Below are positions 46,585 to 57,847 of a stretch of DNA of 64,000 nt, piece after piece (position 1 is the stretch's first letter; the number at the start of each line of letters is the position of its first letter). The notes beneath the pieces are model-generated. The model did no database searches. It had not been told where the DNA came from and saw nothing but the letters and a program-made list of their open reading frames with translations. The position numbers and the translations under genes were made by a program. Source of the DNA: an uncultured Candidatus Bathyarchaeia archaeon (GTDB taxonomy: Archaea > Thermoproteota > Bathyarchaeia > Bathyarchaeales > Bathycorpusculaceae); NCBI GenBank assembly GCA_964573785.1, contig CAZNKF010000002.1, positions 35,142 to 99,141 on the forward strand. The letters are read 5' to 3'.

Positions 46585-47922
46585 ATGGGCATACTGGAAA
46601 AAGCCCTAAAAATGCTTGAAAAACACCCATTATGCGACCACTGTTTGGGTAGACAGTTCGCTTTTCTGGGGCATGGAATGGAGAACAATGAAAGAGGCGA
46701 AGCCGTAAAAAATGTTTTGCTTATGGAAGCCCAAGCACTCGCCCGCATAAAAAAAGATGAGGAAATAAGAATCCTCAAAATCCTTGCAACAAACGGCTTC
46801 TGTGAAAAAGCTGTGAACACTCTCCGCAAAATGGGAAAGCAGACTCTTAAGAAAAAAGTGGCAAAGACCTGTTTTTTGTGTGAAAATCGCTTCGAAATTG
46901 TTGATGATTTGGCGAGAAAGGCTGTTGAGAAGCTGGAGGAGTACGAGTATAGCAGCTTTTTGGTTGGCATAGAGCTTCCAGTCGAGGTTGAGGAACGCGA
47001 GGATGAGTTTAAAGCTCGCTTTGATGTGGAGTACGGCGAGAATATTAGGCTGGAGTTTGGGAGAATTCTGGGCAAGAAAATCGCCGCATACAGCCAAAAA
47101 CCTGTGGAGCATCGAAAACCAGACGTTGTTGCGCTCTTAAACCCCATGACCAGCGAGATAAGAGTTCAAGTTAACCCCCTCTACATTGCTGGAAAATATA
47201 AGAAGCTTGTTAGAGGCTTACCCCAGTCAAAATGGTTCTGTACAAACTGCCGCGGAAAAGGATGTGAAAAGTGCAACTGGACAGGGAAGAGATATCCGGA
47301 ATCTGTTGAAGAGCTGATAAGCGAGCCCATTTTGAAGGTAACTGGCGGCACCAAAACGTCTTTTCATGCTTCTGGAAGGGAGGACATCGACGCCCGCATG
47401 CTTGGAAAAGGCAGACCCTTCGTTATAGAAATAGCGCAGCCTAAAAGGCGTTTTCTAGACCTTAAACAAGTTGAAGAGGCTGTGAACGCCCATGCAAAAG
47501 GCAAAGTTGAAGTTTCAGAGCTCCGCTTTGTCAACAAAGACTTTGTGCGAAAGCTGAAAGGGGCGGAGTCAGCGCAAAAAGAGTACCGCGTCACCGTGGA
47601 ATTTGAAAAAGAGGTTACAGATGCAGATTTACAACTTTTGGAGGAAAAACTTACAAGAGCCGTTATCAAACAGAGAACACCGTTACGTGTTTTACACAGG
47701 CGGGCGGATTTAACGCGGGAAAAGTACATATATGAGGTTAAGGCTAAGAGATTGTCACCGAATAGGGCTGAACTGAAGGTTCGATGTCAAGGAGGACTGT
47801 ATGTAAAAGAGCTGGTGACAGGCGATGATGGAAGAACAACTCCAAGTGTTTCAGAAATTCTTGGAAACAGAGCGAAGCCTATGAAACTTGATGTTTTAAA
47901 GGTAATTGTGAGGGAAGGTTAA
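46585..47922 (+). CDS. pus10: tRNA pseudouridine synthase Pus10
   Basis: 445 aa. N-terminal CDHCLGRQF and CFLCENRF zinc motifs, CTNCRGKGCEKC, and catalytic SGREDIDARMLGKGRPFV. Confidence 0.85.
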   Translation: MGILEKALKMLEKHPLCDHCLGRQFAFLGHGMENNERGEAVKNVLLMEAQALARIKKDEEIRILKILATNGFCEKAVNTLRKMGKQTLKKKVAKTCFLCENRFEIVDDLARKAVEKLEEYEYSSFLVGIELPVEVEEREDEFKARFDVEYGENIRLEFGRILGKKIAAYSQKPVEHRKPDVVALLNPMTSEIRVQVNPLYIAGKYKKLVRGLPQSKWFCTNCRGKGCEKCNWTGKRYPESVEELISEPILKVTGGTKTSFHASGREDIDARMLGKGRPFVIEIAQPKRRFLDLKQVEEAVNAHAKGKVEVSELRFVNKDFVRKLKGAESAQKEYRVTVEFEKEVTDADLQLLEEKLTRAVIKQRTPLRVLHRRADLTREKYIYEVKAKRLSPNRAELKVRCQGGLYVKELVTGDDGRTTPSVSEILGNRAKPMKLDVLKVIVREG

Positions 47923-47925
47923 AAA

Positions 47926-48222
47926 TTGAGGAAGTCAAAGGGATATCGGTCAAAGACGCGGCGTCTCCTTAGGAAAAGCTCTAGAAAAAGGGGCAAACTG
48001 AGACTGAGCAAGCTGCTCCACGAATACCAGCCTGGAAACAGTGTGGTTATAAAAATTGATTCAAGCGTTCAGAAGGGCATGCCTCATAGGCGCTATCATG
48101 GAAAGGTGGGCAAAGTCGTTGGCATGCGTGGGAAAAGCTACATTGTAAGCGTTACACAAGGCGATGCTGTCAAGGAAATCATTGTTAGACCGGAGCATTT
48201 GGAGCCCTATAAAGGTGGTTGA
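47926..48222 (+). CDS. rpl21e: 50S ribosomal protein L21e
   Basis: 98 aa, TTG start. KSKGYRSKTRRLL ... MPHRRYHGKVGKV. Confidence 0.9.
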   Translation: MRKSKGYRSKTRRLLRKSSRKRGKLRLSKLLHEYQPGNSVVIKIDSSVQKGMPHRRYHGKVGKVVGMRGKSYIVSVTQGDAVKEIIVRPEHLEPYKGG

Positions 48223-48223
48223 G

Positions 48224-48571
48224 ATGCTGGAAAAGGCTGAAACTGAAAAGGTTAAGGAGAAAAGCCTCACAATCCCGCAGGTCAAAAAGCTACTTGAGGA
48301 GATAGGCGAGGAAAAGTTAGACCAGTTCCAGAGACGTGTGCTTGACTATGCATCCAAGTTTTCGAAGGTTGATGCTGAAACTGCTGAGAGGCTTGTGGAA
48401 AAACTTGTTAAAGAGTTCGGTTTGGAAGAAGCCGAGGCTGTTCAAATAGTTAATTGCATGCCTGGCACCGTTGAGGAGCTTAGGGTTTTCTTGGGGGGCG
48501 GCCGCAAGATTATTGAAGCTTCTAAACTGGAAGCTATGGTTAAACTTTTAAATGAACATAGATTGAAATAG
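48224..48571 (+). CDS. rpoF: DNA-directed RNA polymerase subunit Rpo4 (RpoF)
   Basis: 115 aa from the ATG at 48224, 1 nt after the L21e stop. Helical HRDC-like protein in the conserved position between L21e and DUF655. Confidence 0.65.
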   Translation: MLEKAETEKVKEKSLTIPQVKKLLEEIGEEKLDQFQRRVLDYASKFSKVDAETAERLVEKLVKEFGLEEAEAVQIVNCMPGTVEELRVFLGGGRKIIEASKLEAMVKLLNEHRLK

Positions 48572-48618
48572 CTCTTCGAACCGTATTTTAAAATGTGAGG
48601 AGTTTAAAAGGGGATACA

Positions 48619-49191
48619 ATGGAGAAGGAGAAGCGCTACGAGGAGTACGCCTACGTCCTAGACTTTCTCCCTCATGGACGCCCCGGGGTTCGAGTAACTG
48701 GGAGGGCTGGTTACAGAGCAGGCGCCCTAGTTCAGCTTGTTGGCGAGGAGTTTTTCACCCTTTTGGAGGCGCTGGTTAAGGAAGGTGTCACTTTAAAGCC
48801 TCATGACCGTGTTTATGTTGGGAAGGAGGCTCGTGAAGAGATAACCTACATTATTGGGCGAATAGGTTATGATGAGTTGACTTCAGCCGCGAAAATGGAG
48901 CTTCCAGCGGTTATTAGCCGCATAGTGCTTAATCGTGAGAAATGGTTTGTCAGCTTCTTTAACACGGCGCAAGCCATAACTCCTAGGATGCACGCGTTGG
49001 AGCTTATTCCTGGTATAGGCAAAAAGTACATGTGGCAGGTTATAAACGAGCGGGAGAAGAAACTCTTTGAAAGTTTTGAAGACTTGCAGAAGCGGACGGA
49101 AATTCCCAACCCTGTTAAGCTTCTCACGAAGAGGATTTTGGAGGAGTTGGCTGGCGAAAGCAAGTATAGGCTTTTCACAAGAGCCCGTTAA
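48619..49191 (+). CDS. DUF655 / COG1491 OB-fold plus HhH nucleic-acid-binding protein
   Basis: 190 aa. EEYAYVLDFLPHGRP at the N-terminus and LELIPGIGKKYMWQVINERE. Conserved neighbour of rpoF and ksgA. Confidence 0.75.
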   Translation: MEKEKRYEEYAYVLDFLPHGRPGVRVTGRAGYRAGALVQLVGEEFFTLLEALVKEGVTLKPHDRVYVGKEAREEITYIIGRIGYDELTSAAKMELPAVISRIVLNREKWFVSFFNTAQAITPRMHALELIPGIGKKYMWQVINEREKKLFESFEDLQKRTEIPNPVKLLTKRILEELAGESKYRLFTRAR

Positions 49192-49212
49192 GGTGGCTGG
49201 TAAACGCCCCCT

Positions 49213-50028
49213 ATGAGCCTGATTGAAGAGGCGGAGCTCCTCCTTCGAAAGCATCGAATCTTCCCGAAGAAACGTCTCGGGCAGCACTTTATGGTTGAGC
49301 CGTCAGTTTTTCAACTTCTAGCCGACTACGCGTTGCTTGGCAGAGGCGATGTTGTTTTAGATATTGGCGCTGGCTTGGGTTTTCTAACACGCTTTCTAGC
49401 CGAGAAATGTGGAAAAGTTTTGGCTGTTGAATTGGACAATAGGCTCCTTAAAGTTTTGCGTGAACAACTCAAAGGCTTGCCAAACGTCAAAGTCATCGAG
49501 GGTGATGTGCTTAAAATATCGCTTCCAGAATTTAACAAGGTTGTTTCCATACCACCGTACGGCATTTCTTCGGCTTTAATCCAGTGGTTTTTCAGCAAGA
49601 AGTTGGAGTGTGCAGTGATGGTTTTTCAAAAAGAATTTGCAAATCGCCTCGTGGCACCTATTGGAAGCGAAGACTATGGCTGGTTAACTGTTCATGCTTA
49701 CTACTATTTTGACGTTGAGCTTTTAGACGATGTGCCGAAGAGTTTTTTCTATCCGCAACCTGAAATAGACTCTATAATTGTTCGCTTAAAGCCTAAATCA
49801 CCGCCTTTTAGGCTGATGGATGAAGCCCTTTTCGCAAAGCTTGTGCAAGCCCTTTTCACCCAGCGCAACAGAAAGGTTAGAAATGCCATCCAGCCTTTCA
49901 TAAGAAAAGAGCGTGCCGTTTCTGGAGATGCTGTCAGAGTGGCTGACTCTCTTCCCTTTCATGATAGGCGTGTGCGAGAGCTGGCACCAGAAGACTTTGG
50001 TGAACTTGCAAATGCCCTCACCAACTAA
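49213..50028 (+). CDS. rsmA: 16S rRNA (adenine-N6,N6)-dimethyltransferase KsgA/Dim1
   Basis: 271 aa. LGQHFMV, SAM motif VLDIGAGLGFLT, and SIPPYGISS. Confidence 0.9.
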   Translation: MSLIEEAELLLRKHRIFPKKRLGQHFMVEPSVFQLLADYALLGRGDVVLDIGAGLGFLTRFLAEKCGKVLAVELDNRLLKVLREQLKGLPNVKVIEGDVLKISLPEFNKVVSIPPYGISSALIQWFFSKKLECAVMVFQKEFANRLVAPIGSEDYGWLTVHAYYYFDVELLDDVPKSFFYPQPEIDSIIVRLKPKSPPFRLMDEALFAKLVQALFTQRNRKVRNAIQPFIRKERAVSGDAVRVADSLPFHDRRVRELAPEDFGELANALTN

Positions 50029-50621
50029 GCGGGTATTTTTCGGCAAGTATGTCTTTGATGTTTGGCAAGATGTTTACGAACCGGCAGAAGACTCCTTTCT
50101 TTTCGCGGAAAACCTAGCAGTGCAGGAAGATGAAAAAGTTCTCGACATGGGAACGGGATGCGGCATCCTCGGCATAATTGCCGCAAAAAATGCATCACTG
50201 GTGGTTGCTATAGACATAAACCCAATTGCAATGCGATGTGCAAAAGAAAACGCCAAATTAAACGGCGTCGCCGATAAAATGTTTTTTATTCAAGGCGACT
50301 TGTTCACGCCACTAAAGGCAAAGGAAAAATTCGACCGAATCCTTTTTAACGCGCCTTATCTGCCAACTGAACCGTTTGAAGGCCAAACTTTGATTGAACG
50401 TGCATGGGCAGGCGGGACAAGTGGCAGAGCAGTCCTAGACCGCTTTTTGCAAGGAATACGCGGGCACCTTAAGGTTGGCGGTTGTGTTTTGTTGATGCAA
50501 TCCACACTTGCAGATGTGAACAGAACTATGAAAATTTTTGAAAGTAAAGGTTTCAAGGCGAAAATTGTTGCAAGTTTAGACCTTCCCTTCTTCGAAACAA
50601 TAGTGCTTATCGAAGCGAAAG

Positions 50622-50641
<20 letters not shown>
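50012..50641 (+). CDS. HemK/Mtq2-like SAM-dependent methyltransferase
   Basis: 209 aa from the ATG at 50012. VYEPAEDSFL, VLDMGTGCGILG, and FNAPYLP (NPPY-type motif). Overlaps the ksgA 3' end by 17 nt. Confidence 0.75.
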
Positions 50642-51648
<1,007 letters not shown>

Positions 51649-51758
51649 CTTCATAAGAGTATTGCATGCTTCGGCGGCTTTATAGGATTTTGTTGAAAAA
51701 CTATATAATGCGAAGGCTTTACTATTGCTAGAAAACACTGCTGAGACGTGACCATCCT

Positions 51759-52280
51759 ATGTGTATAATTGGAAAGGACAAGTTGAAGGAACTTATTGAA
51801 GATTATAAGTGCATATACCCCTACGACTACAACCTTCTGGATGGAGACAGCTATGTGCTGACAGTTAAGGATGAGACAACGCTGAATTATTTGGAGCATA
51901 AAAACTTAATATCCTACGAGATAGTTTTCACGCCGCCGAACTATGTGGCTCATTTAACAGCCAAAAGCAAGTATGGACGGATGGGTTTATCCTTCCTTAA
52001 CGCGGCTAAAGTCCACAGTGGCTTTGTTGGTAGGCTTGCGCTTGAAATTGTAAATTTGAGCAATGACCGCTGTCCCATAACCATTAAGCGGGGAGACCCC
52101 TTTATGCATATAGAGTTTATAACAAGGGAGGGCGAACCATCGCCATATATCGGCGAATATCAGTTCCAGTACCTAACAGACGAGGAAGTGAAAATGTACA
52201 TTCCAATCTTGAAGCGTGTTTTCCCAAATTATGATGAACTGGCAAAAATATGGTTTAAAAATAGACCGATGCCTCCATAA
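51759..52280 (+). CDS. dCTP deaminase/dUTPase superfamily protein
   Basis: 173 aa. HSGFVGRLALEIVNLSN matches the G-x-x-G-x-lxLEl-N signature of the dcd/dut fold. Confidence 0.6.
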   Translation: MCIIGKDKLKELIEDYKCIYPYDYNLLDGDSYVLTVKDETTLNYLEHKNLISYEIVFTPPNYVAHLTAKSKYGRMGLSFLNAAKVHSGFVGRLALEIVNLSNDRCPITIKRGDPFMHIEFITREGEPSPYIGEYQFQYLTDEEVKMYIPILKRVFPNYDELAKIWFKNRPMPP

Positions 52281-52402
52281 ATCCCAACCCATAGCCTAAA
52301 ACTGAATTTAAAATTCATAATCTTAATCAAATATTTTGGCGTTTATACATGTTTAACAAATTGCTTAAATACCGCCATTGTGTATGCTGAAAGGGATGCA
52401 TC

Positions 52403-52915
52403 ATGCGCGCGCGCAACTATCGAGAGGTTAAAGGGCAACCCTACACCAGACGGGAGTTTGTTAAGGGTTTTCCTCAGCCTAAGATAACCAAGTTCACTAT
52501 GGGTGACCCTAACGCTAAGTTCGAGTATGAAGCTAGGCTTATAGCCCTAGAAAGAGCTCAGATTAGGCACAACGCCTTAGAAGCTGCCCGTGTGGCGACA
52601 AACCGTCTCTTGATGGATAAGCTTTCAAACAGTTACTTTTTGCAGGTTCATCCTTACCCGCATGTTATTCTTCGGGAGAATAAGATGATTTTTGGGGCTC
52701 ATGCAGACCGTCTCCAGGACGGCATGAGGCGGGCTTTTGGAAAGCCAATTGGCACTGCGGCACGTGTGGAGCCAAACCAGACGATTATGACTGTTAGGGT
52801 GAACGCCAACGGTGTTGAGGTTGCAAAAGAAGCTTTAAGTCGGGGAGCTGCAAAGATTCCAACACCGTGCAGGATAGTTATTGAGAAATTGCAGGTTAAG
52901 GAGGCGAAAGCATAA
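52403..52915 (+). CDS. rpl10e: 50S ribosomal protein L10e (uL16)
   Basis: 170 aa. ARNYREVKGQPYTRREFVKGFPQPKI. Confidence 0.9.
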   Translation: MRARNYREVKGQPYTRREFVKGFPQPKITKFTMGDPNAKFEYEARLIALERAQIRHNALEAARVATNRLLMDKLSNSYFLQVHPYPHVILRENKMIFGAHADRLQDGMRRAFGKPIGTAARVEPNQTIMTVRVNANGVEVAKEALSRGAAKIPTPCRIVIEKLQVKEAKA

Positions 52916-55401
52916 TGGCTGAAATGAAAGAAGACCTTGTGATATGGTTTGAAAACCTTAGGAAAACAGACATACCTCTTGTTGGGGGTAAAAACGCAAA
53001 CCTAGGCGAGATGCTGAGTGCTGGCGTTCCAATTCCACATGGTTTTGCAATAACCGCCTATGCCTACAAGCGTTTCATTGAGGAAACTGGCATAGCCAGT
53101 GAAATCTACAAAATTATAAAGGAGACCGTTAAAGACCTAAACGACCCTAAGCAATATGAGGAAGCCTCAAAGAAGATTCGCGTCCTAATTGAGTCTACGC
53201 CCATGCCTAAAGACATTGAAGAGGCTGTAAGAGCTGCCTACAGGGAATTGTGTAGAAGATTAAATTTGAATGACGTTTTTGTGGCTGTGCGGTCCAGCGC
53301 CACGGCTGAAGACTTGCCAGACGCTTCTTTTGCTGGGCAGCAGGAAACATACTTGAACGTTAGGGGTGAGAACGAGGTTATTGAAAAAACCATTAAATGT
53401 TGGTCTAGTCTTTTCACGCCCCGCGCCATATTTTATCGCACCCAGAAAGGCTTCGCCCATGAAAAAGTCCTCATAAGTGTTGGCGTCCAAAAAATGGTTC
53501 ATGCCAAAGCCGCTGGTGTCATGTTCACAATAAACCCTGTCACTGGAGACCCAAGCCAGATTGTTATTGAGGGCAATTATGGCTTAGGCGAGGCTGTTGT
53601 TTCCGGGGCTGTCACTCCAGACGAGTTTATTGTTGACAAGCGAACTATGAAAATTGTTGAGAGACGCATCGCCACCAAAAAGGTGATGTACGCTCGCGAC
53701 CCAAACACTGGCAAAACCGTACACTTGGAAGTGCCGTCTGAAAAGCAGAATCTTCCATGCTTAACGGACGAAGAAGTTCTTAAGCTGGCGGAACTAGCTA
53801 AAAAAATTGAGCAGCACTATGGCAAGCCCCAAGACATCGAATGGGCTATTGACGGTGAACTCGGCTTTCTAGAAAATGTTTTCATTGTGCAGTCCAGACC
53901 AGAAACTGTTTGGAGCTTAAAAGCTGTTGAAGCGGCGCCTGAAATGAAGGTTGAGGTTGGTTTAGCCAAGCCAGCCGAAGAGTTGAAGGTTATTGTTAAG
54001 GGTATACCAGCGGGAAAAAGGGGGATAGGCTTCGGCACGGCAAAGGTTGTCTTAAACCCAGAGGAAGCTGCGAAAGTTATGCAGAAGGGCGACATCCTCG
54101 TAACTGACATGACTAACCCGGATTATGTGCCTTTCATGAGGCTTGCAGGCGCCATAGTAACGGATAAGGGTGGCATAACTTGCCATGCAGCAATTGTAAG
54201 CCGCGAGCTTGGCATACCATGTGTTGTTGGCACTGAAAACGCCACGAAACTAATGGTTAGTGGTGAAGAGTATACTGTGGATGCGAGGAGCGGAGTTGTC
54301 TATGAAGGCATAGTTCCAGCCATGACCGAGCATCCAACACCAACATCTTCTGGAGCGTCAGTTTCTCCAGCGTCTTTTGCTGGCGGCGTCTTCCAGTCTG
54401 TTCCAGTGACGGCGACGAAAATCTACATGAATCTTGGTGTTCCGGAGAAAATAGAGGATTATAAGGACTTGCCCTTTGAAGGCATTGGGCTTATGCGAAT
54501 TGAATTCATCTTAGCTAGCTACATTGGAGAGCATCCGCTCTACCTAATAGAGATTGGGCAAAGCCAGAAATTTGTTGATAAGCTAGCAGAGGGCATAGCC
54601 ACGGTTGCAAGGGCTATTCAGCCCCGCCCAGTTGTTGTGCGCTTCAGTGACTTCAAAACAAACGAGTACCGCGAGTTAAAAGGCGGAGAAAAATATGAGA
54701 TTGTCGAGAGCAACCCAATGTTGGGTTGGCGGGGATGCAGTCGCTACATAAGTCCATGGTATGAAAAGGCTTTCCGCCTTGAATGCCAAGCCATAAGGAA
54801 GTGTCGCGAAGAGTGGGGACTGAAGAACGTGTGGGTTATGCTCCCAGTAGTGCGCACCGTTTGGGAAGCCAGAAAAGTCTTAGAAATAATGCGGGAGGAA
54901 GGCTTGGAAAGGTCAAAAGACTTTAAGGTTTGGTTCATGGCTGAAACACCTTCAATAGCCATAGTAGCCGATGAGTTCTCGGAACTCTGCGACGGCTTCT
55001 CCATAGGCTCTAACGACATGACACAAGGTATATTAATGATTGACAGAGACTCGGAACGCCTCGGGCAAATGGGCTACTTTGACGAGAGAGACCCAGCCGT
55101 AAAAAGAATAATAGCCCACCTAATCAAGGTTGCGCATGAAAATGGCTGCACAGTTTCCATCTGTGGTGAAGCTCCATCAAACCTCCCAGACTTCACAGAG
55201 TTCCTAGTGAGGGCTGGAATAGACAGCATATCCGTAAACCCAGACGCCGTAATCGCCACAAAGAAGCTTGTCGCAAGCATAGAGCAAAAAATAATCCTGG
55301 AGAAGCTTGCCGAACAGCATGAGCGAGCCCTAGGGCGTCCAACTAAAAGACCAGAAGGGGAATGGGAATGGACGCCCAACTGGGATGAAAACATAAAATA
55401 A
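52915..55401 (+). CDS. ppsA: phosphoenolpyruvate synthase (pyruvate, water dikinase)
   Basis: 828 aa. VAVRSSATAEDLPDASFAGQQETYLNV, phospho-His loop GGITCHAAIVSRELGIP, and GSNDMTQ. Confidence 0.95.
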   Translation: MAEMKEDLVIWFENLRKTDIPLVGGKNANLGEMLSAGVPIPHGFAITAYAYKRFIEETGIASEIYKIIKETVKDLNDPKQYEEASKKIRVLIESTPMPKDIEEAVRAAYRELCRRLNLNDVFVAVRSSATAEDLPDASFAGQQETYLNVRGENEVIEKTIKCWSSLFTPRAIFYRTQKGFAHEKVLISVGVQKMVHAKAAGVMFTINPVTGDPSQIVIEGNYGLGEAVVSGAVTPDEFIVDKRTMKIVERRIATKKVMYARDPNTGKTVHLEVPSEKQNLPCLTDEEVLKLAELAKKIEQHYGKPQDIEWAIDGELGFLENVFIVQSRPETVWSLKAVEAAPEMKVEVGLAKPAEELKVIVKGIPAGKRGIGFGTAKVVLNPEEAAKVMQKGDILVTDMTNPDYVPFMRLAGAIVTDKGGITCHAAIVSRELGIPCVVGTENATKLMVSGEEYTVDARSGVVYEGIVPAMTEHPTPTSSGASVSPASFAGGVFQSVPVTATKIYMNLGVPEKIEDYKDLPFEGIGLMRIEFILASYIGEHPLYLIEIGQSQKFVDKLAEGIATVARAIQPRPVVVRFSDFKTNEYRELKGGEKYEIVESNPMLGWRGCSRYISPWYEKAFRLECQAIRKCREEWGLKNVWVMLPVVRTVWEARKVLEIMREEGLERSKDFKVWFMAETPSIAIVADEFSELCDGFSIGSNDMTQGILMIDRDSERLGQMGYFDERDPAVKRIIAHLIKVAHENGCTVSICGEAPSNLPDFTEFLVRAGIDSISVNPDAVIATKKLVASIEQKIILEKLAEQHERALGRPTKRPEGEWEWTPNWDENIK

Positions 55402-55472
55402 ACCAATAGCCCGAAACACTTCTTTTCTTATCTAAATGTTCTCTAAAACAAGTTTGGTGTTCCACCTTGAAG

Positions 55473-56462
55473 ATGTTTGATTTTGAAGAAGAAAGATTAA
55501 AACAGGAAATCGTCAAGCTTGGAGCCAAATGGGTTTTAATACAATTGCCAGAAGGGCTGAAAGGTGAGGCTCCACGCCTAGCAAAAGTTGTTGAGAAAGC
55601 TGGCGCATTGCCGATTGTTTCCGCAGACCCATGCTATGGAGCTTGCGATTTGGCAACTTCCGAGGCTGAAAGTCTAGGCGCAGACCTTATAGTGCATTAT
55701 GGACATGCGAAGCTTCTGAAGTATGAGAAGGTGCCTACCATATACATAGAGGCGCGAGCCACCATAAGCGTAACAGAGGCTGTTGAAAAGGCATTACCCC
55801 TAATGGCGAATTGGCGCAAAATAGGCTTAGCCACAACAGTCCAACACGTGCAAACCATAGATGAGGCAAAAGAAGTGCTGATCCGCGCCGGAAAAACAGT
55901 CATGGTTGGCGATGCTGGGCGCCTAAACTATTCGGGACAGGTTGTTGGATGCGACTATGGCAACGCCAAATCCATAGCTGAAGACGTTGAAGGCTTCCTA
56001 TTTATAGGGGGCGGGCGCTTCCACGCGCTGGGCTTGGCTCTTTCAACATCAAAACCAACAGTGGTCGCAGACCCCTACGAGAAAAGGGCATACTCAATAG
56101 AAGAGGAGGCGCAAAAAATTCAGAAACAAAGGTGGGCGAGCATTCAAGAAGTCCAAAAAGCAAAAACCTTCGCGGTTCTTGTGGGACTTAAACCTGGACA
56201 AAAACGGCTTGAGGAAGCCTTAATCATAAGAGAAAAGCTTGAAAAGGCAGGTAGGGACGCCTACATATTCGCCATCAGAGAAATAACGCCAGAAACTGTT
56301 ATGAACTTCCAAACGGTTGACGCCTATGTTAACACAGCTTGCCCACGTGCATCCATCGATGCTCCTTCAAAGTTTCAAAAGCCAATGCTAACGTTAAATG
56401 AGGCGCTTGTGGTTTTAGGCGAGATTTCGTGGAAAGAGCTTTGCAAAAAGGGATTTTTCTAG
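55473..56462 (+). CDS. dph2: diphthamide biosynthesis enzyme Dph2
   Basis: 329 aa from the ATG at 55473. VLIQLPEGLK, PCYGACD, and similarity to Pyrococcus Dph2. Confidence 0.8.
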   Translation: MFDFEEERLKQEIVKLGAKWVLIQLPEGLKGEAPRLAKVVEKAGALPIVSADPCYGACDLATSEAESLGADLIVHYGHAKLLKYEKVPTIYIEARATISVTEAVEKALPLMANWRKIGLATTVQHVQTIDEAKEVLIRAGKTVMVGDAGRLNYSGQVVGCDYGNAKSIAEDVEGFLFIGGGRFHALGLALSTSKPTVVADPYEKRAYSIEEEAQKIQKQRWASIQEVQKAKTFAVLVGLKPGQKRLEEALIIREKLEKAGRDAYIFAIREITPETVMNFQTVDAYVNTACPRASIDAPSKFQKPMLTLNEALVVLGEISWKELCKKGFF

Positions 56463-56472
56463 AGACCAGGTT

Positions 56473-57201
56473 ATGACAAGGAAGATAGCAGTTTGCCTTG
56501 AAGTCGGTTCGGAAGGAACAGTCGCCTTTGTCCCAGACTGCCCTGGATGCTGGGTTTTTGGGTGTTCTCCGGAAAGCGCTCTTGCAAAGGTGAGGCTTGC
56601 TGTTACCGAGTGGTTCGATTGGCTGGAAAAGCACGGTGAACATGTGCAAGCCGAGGCAAAGAACTTTGAAATTGAAGTTGCAGAAGTTTTGAGGGTGAAC
56701 TACAACCCAGTTGAGGCTGGAAAGCCTGAACCCCTCTTCTGGTCTGAAATAGCTCCCATCACAAGAAAAGATGTTGCAAGAACTTTAAAGCTGATGGAAT
56801 ATTCAAGGGAAGACTTGTTAACGCTTGTTTCAAACTTGAGCGACAAGGTTCTTGACTGGCTTCCTTCTGGGAAACCTCGCACTATTAGAAACTGTTTGAG
56901 GCATATAGCCTATGTTGAGCCTTGGTACATAACGCGTTTAGACGTTGAATTGCCAGTAAGTTATCCCCGCGACATTTTTAAACTGTTAAATCATACCAGG
57001 AAAATTGTTATCGACTATTTGAAGAGCATGCCTAGAGGCAAAATGCGAGGGGTTTTTCAGCCCAAAAAGGACAAAAGTCCAATTTGCAATCTTTGGACTG
57101 CTAGGAAAGTTTTAAGGAGGCTTGTGGACCACGAGAGACTGCACACGCGATACATTGTAAATGTGTTGCAAGCCTACAGCGAACTGGGAAAGGTTTATTG
57201 A
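56473..57201 (+). CDS. HicB-like (UPF0150) N-terminal domain fused to DinB-like four-helix domain
   Basis: 242 aa. EGTVAFVPDCPGCWVFGCSPESALAKVRLAVTEWF is HicB-like. The later part has His-containing helices (LRHIAYVEPWY, LVDHERLHTRYI) typical of DinB_2. Confidence 0.5.
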   Translation: MTRKIAVCLEVGSEGTVAFVPDCPGCWVFGCSPESALAKVRLAVTEWFDWLEKHGEHVQAEAKNFEIEVAEVLRVNYNPVEAGKPEPLFWSEIAPITRKDVARTLKLMEYSREDLLTLVSNLSDKVLDWLPSGKPRTIRNCLRHIAYVEPWYITRLDVELPVSYPRDIFKLLNHTRKIVIDYLKSMPRGKMRGVFQPKKDKSPICNLWTARKVLRRLVDHERLHTRYIVNVLQAYSELGKVY

Positions 57202-57249
57202 GCTGTTTTAGAGTATTCTAATGAATCTTGTAACTGGGATGCTGACAAA

Positions 57250-57831
57250 ATGAGTTTACAATTCTCAAAACGCGACAGTGGGCAACTGGTTTTGCCCGGC
57301 GAGCCCTTAGGTGTTATTGAAGAGTTTGTTCCGGATGTCGGCACATACGTTAAGGACGGGATAATATATTCAAAGATTGTGGGGCGTTCCCTTCTAGACT
57401 TTCTCAATAAGCGGGTTTCAGTTTTCCCCCTGGTTCATGGAGCTCGTGTTCCAAAAATTGGAAGCATTGTGATAGGGCAAGTTTCAAATGTTCAGACGCA
57501 AATAGCCACACTCCGCATTTTCAAAATTGGAAAGAGGTTTCTCTCCGGAGTTTTCACCGGCATACTCCATGTTTCTGATGTGCACTTAAGATTTGTTGAG
57601 TCCATGTTTGACATTTGCAAGCCAGGCGACATACTACGCGCAAAGGTCATAAGCGAAAAGAATAGGACTTATCACCTAACAACAAAGGATAAAAGCTTAG
57701 GCGTTGTTTATGCGTTCTGCTCCCAATGTGGGGAGGTGCTGGAGCTTAAGGGTAGGGGCTTACAGTGTCTAAGATGTGGGAAAATTGAAAAACGCAAAAC
57801 AGCCATAGACTATGGCAGAGGAATAATTTGA
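57250..57831 (+). CDS. csl4: exosome RNA-binding subunit Csl4
   Basis: 193 aa. LVLPGEPLGVIEEFVPDVGTY, an S1 domain, and a C-terminal ribbon CSQCG...CLRCG. Confidence 0.8.
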   Translation: MSLQFSKRDSGQLVLPGEPLGVIEEFVPDVGTYVKDGIIYSKIVGRSLLDFLNKRVSVFPLVHGARVPKIGSIVIGQVSNVQTQIATLRIFKIGKRFLSGVFTGILHVSDVHLRFVESMFDICKPGDILRAKVISEKNRTYHLTTKDKSLGVVYAFCSQCGEVLELKGRGLQCLRCGKIEKRKTAIDYGRGII

Positions 57832-57847
57832 ACGGTGGTGACGTAAA

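Noticed and set aside
46527-47147. 206-aa minus-strand ORF antisense to pus10 (and a 160-aa one in another frame)
   Set aside because: The translation is Ser/Phe/Leu-rich and low in complexity, opposite a well-supported gene. This is a typical antisense shadow ORF.
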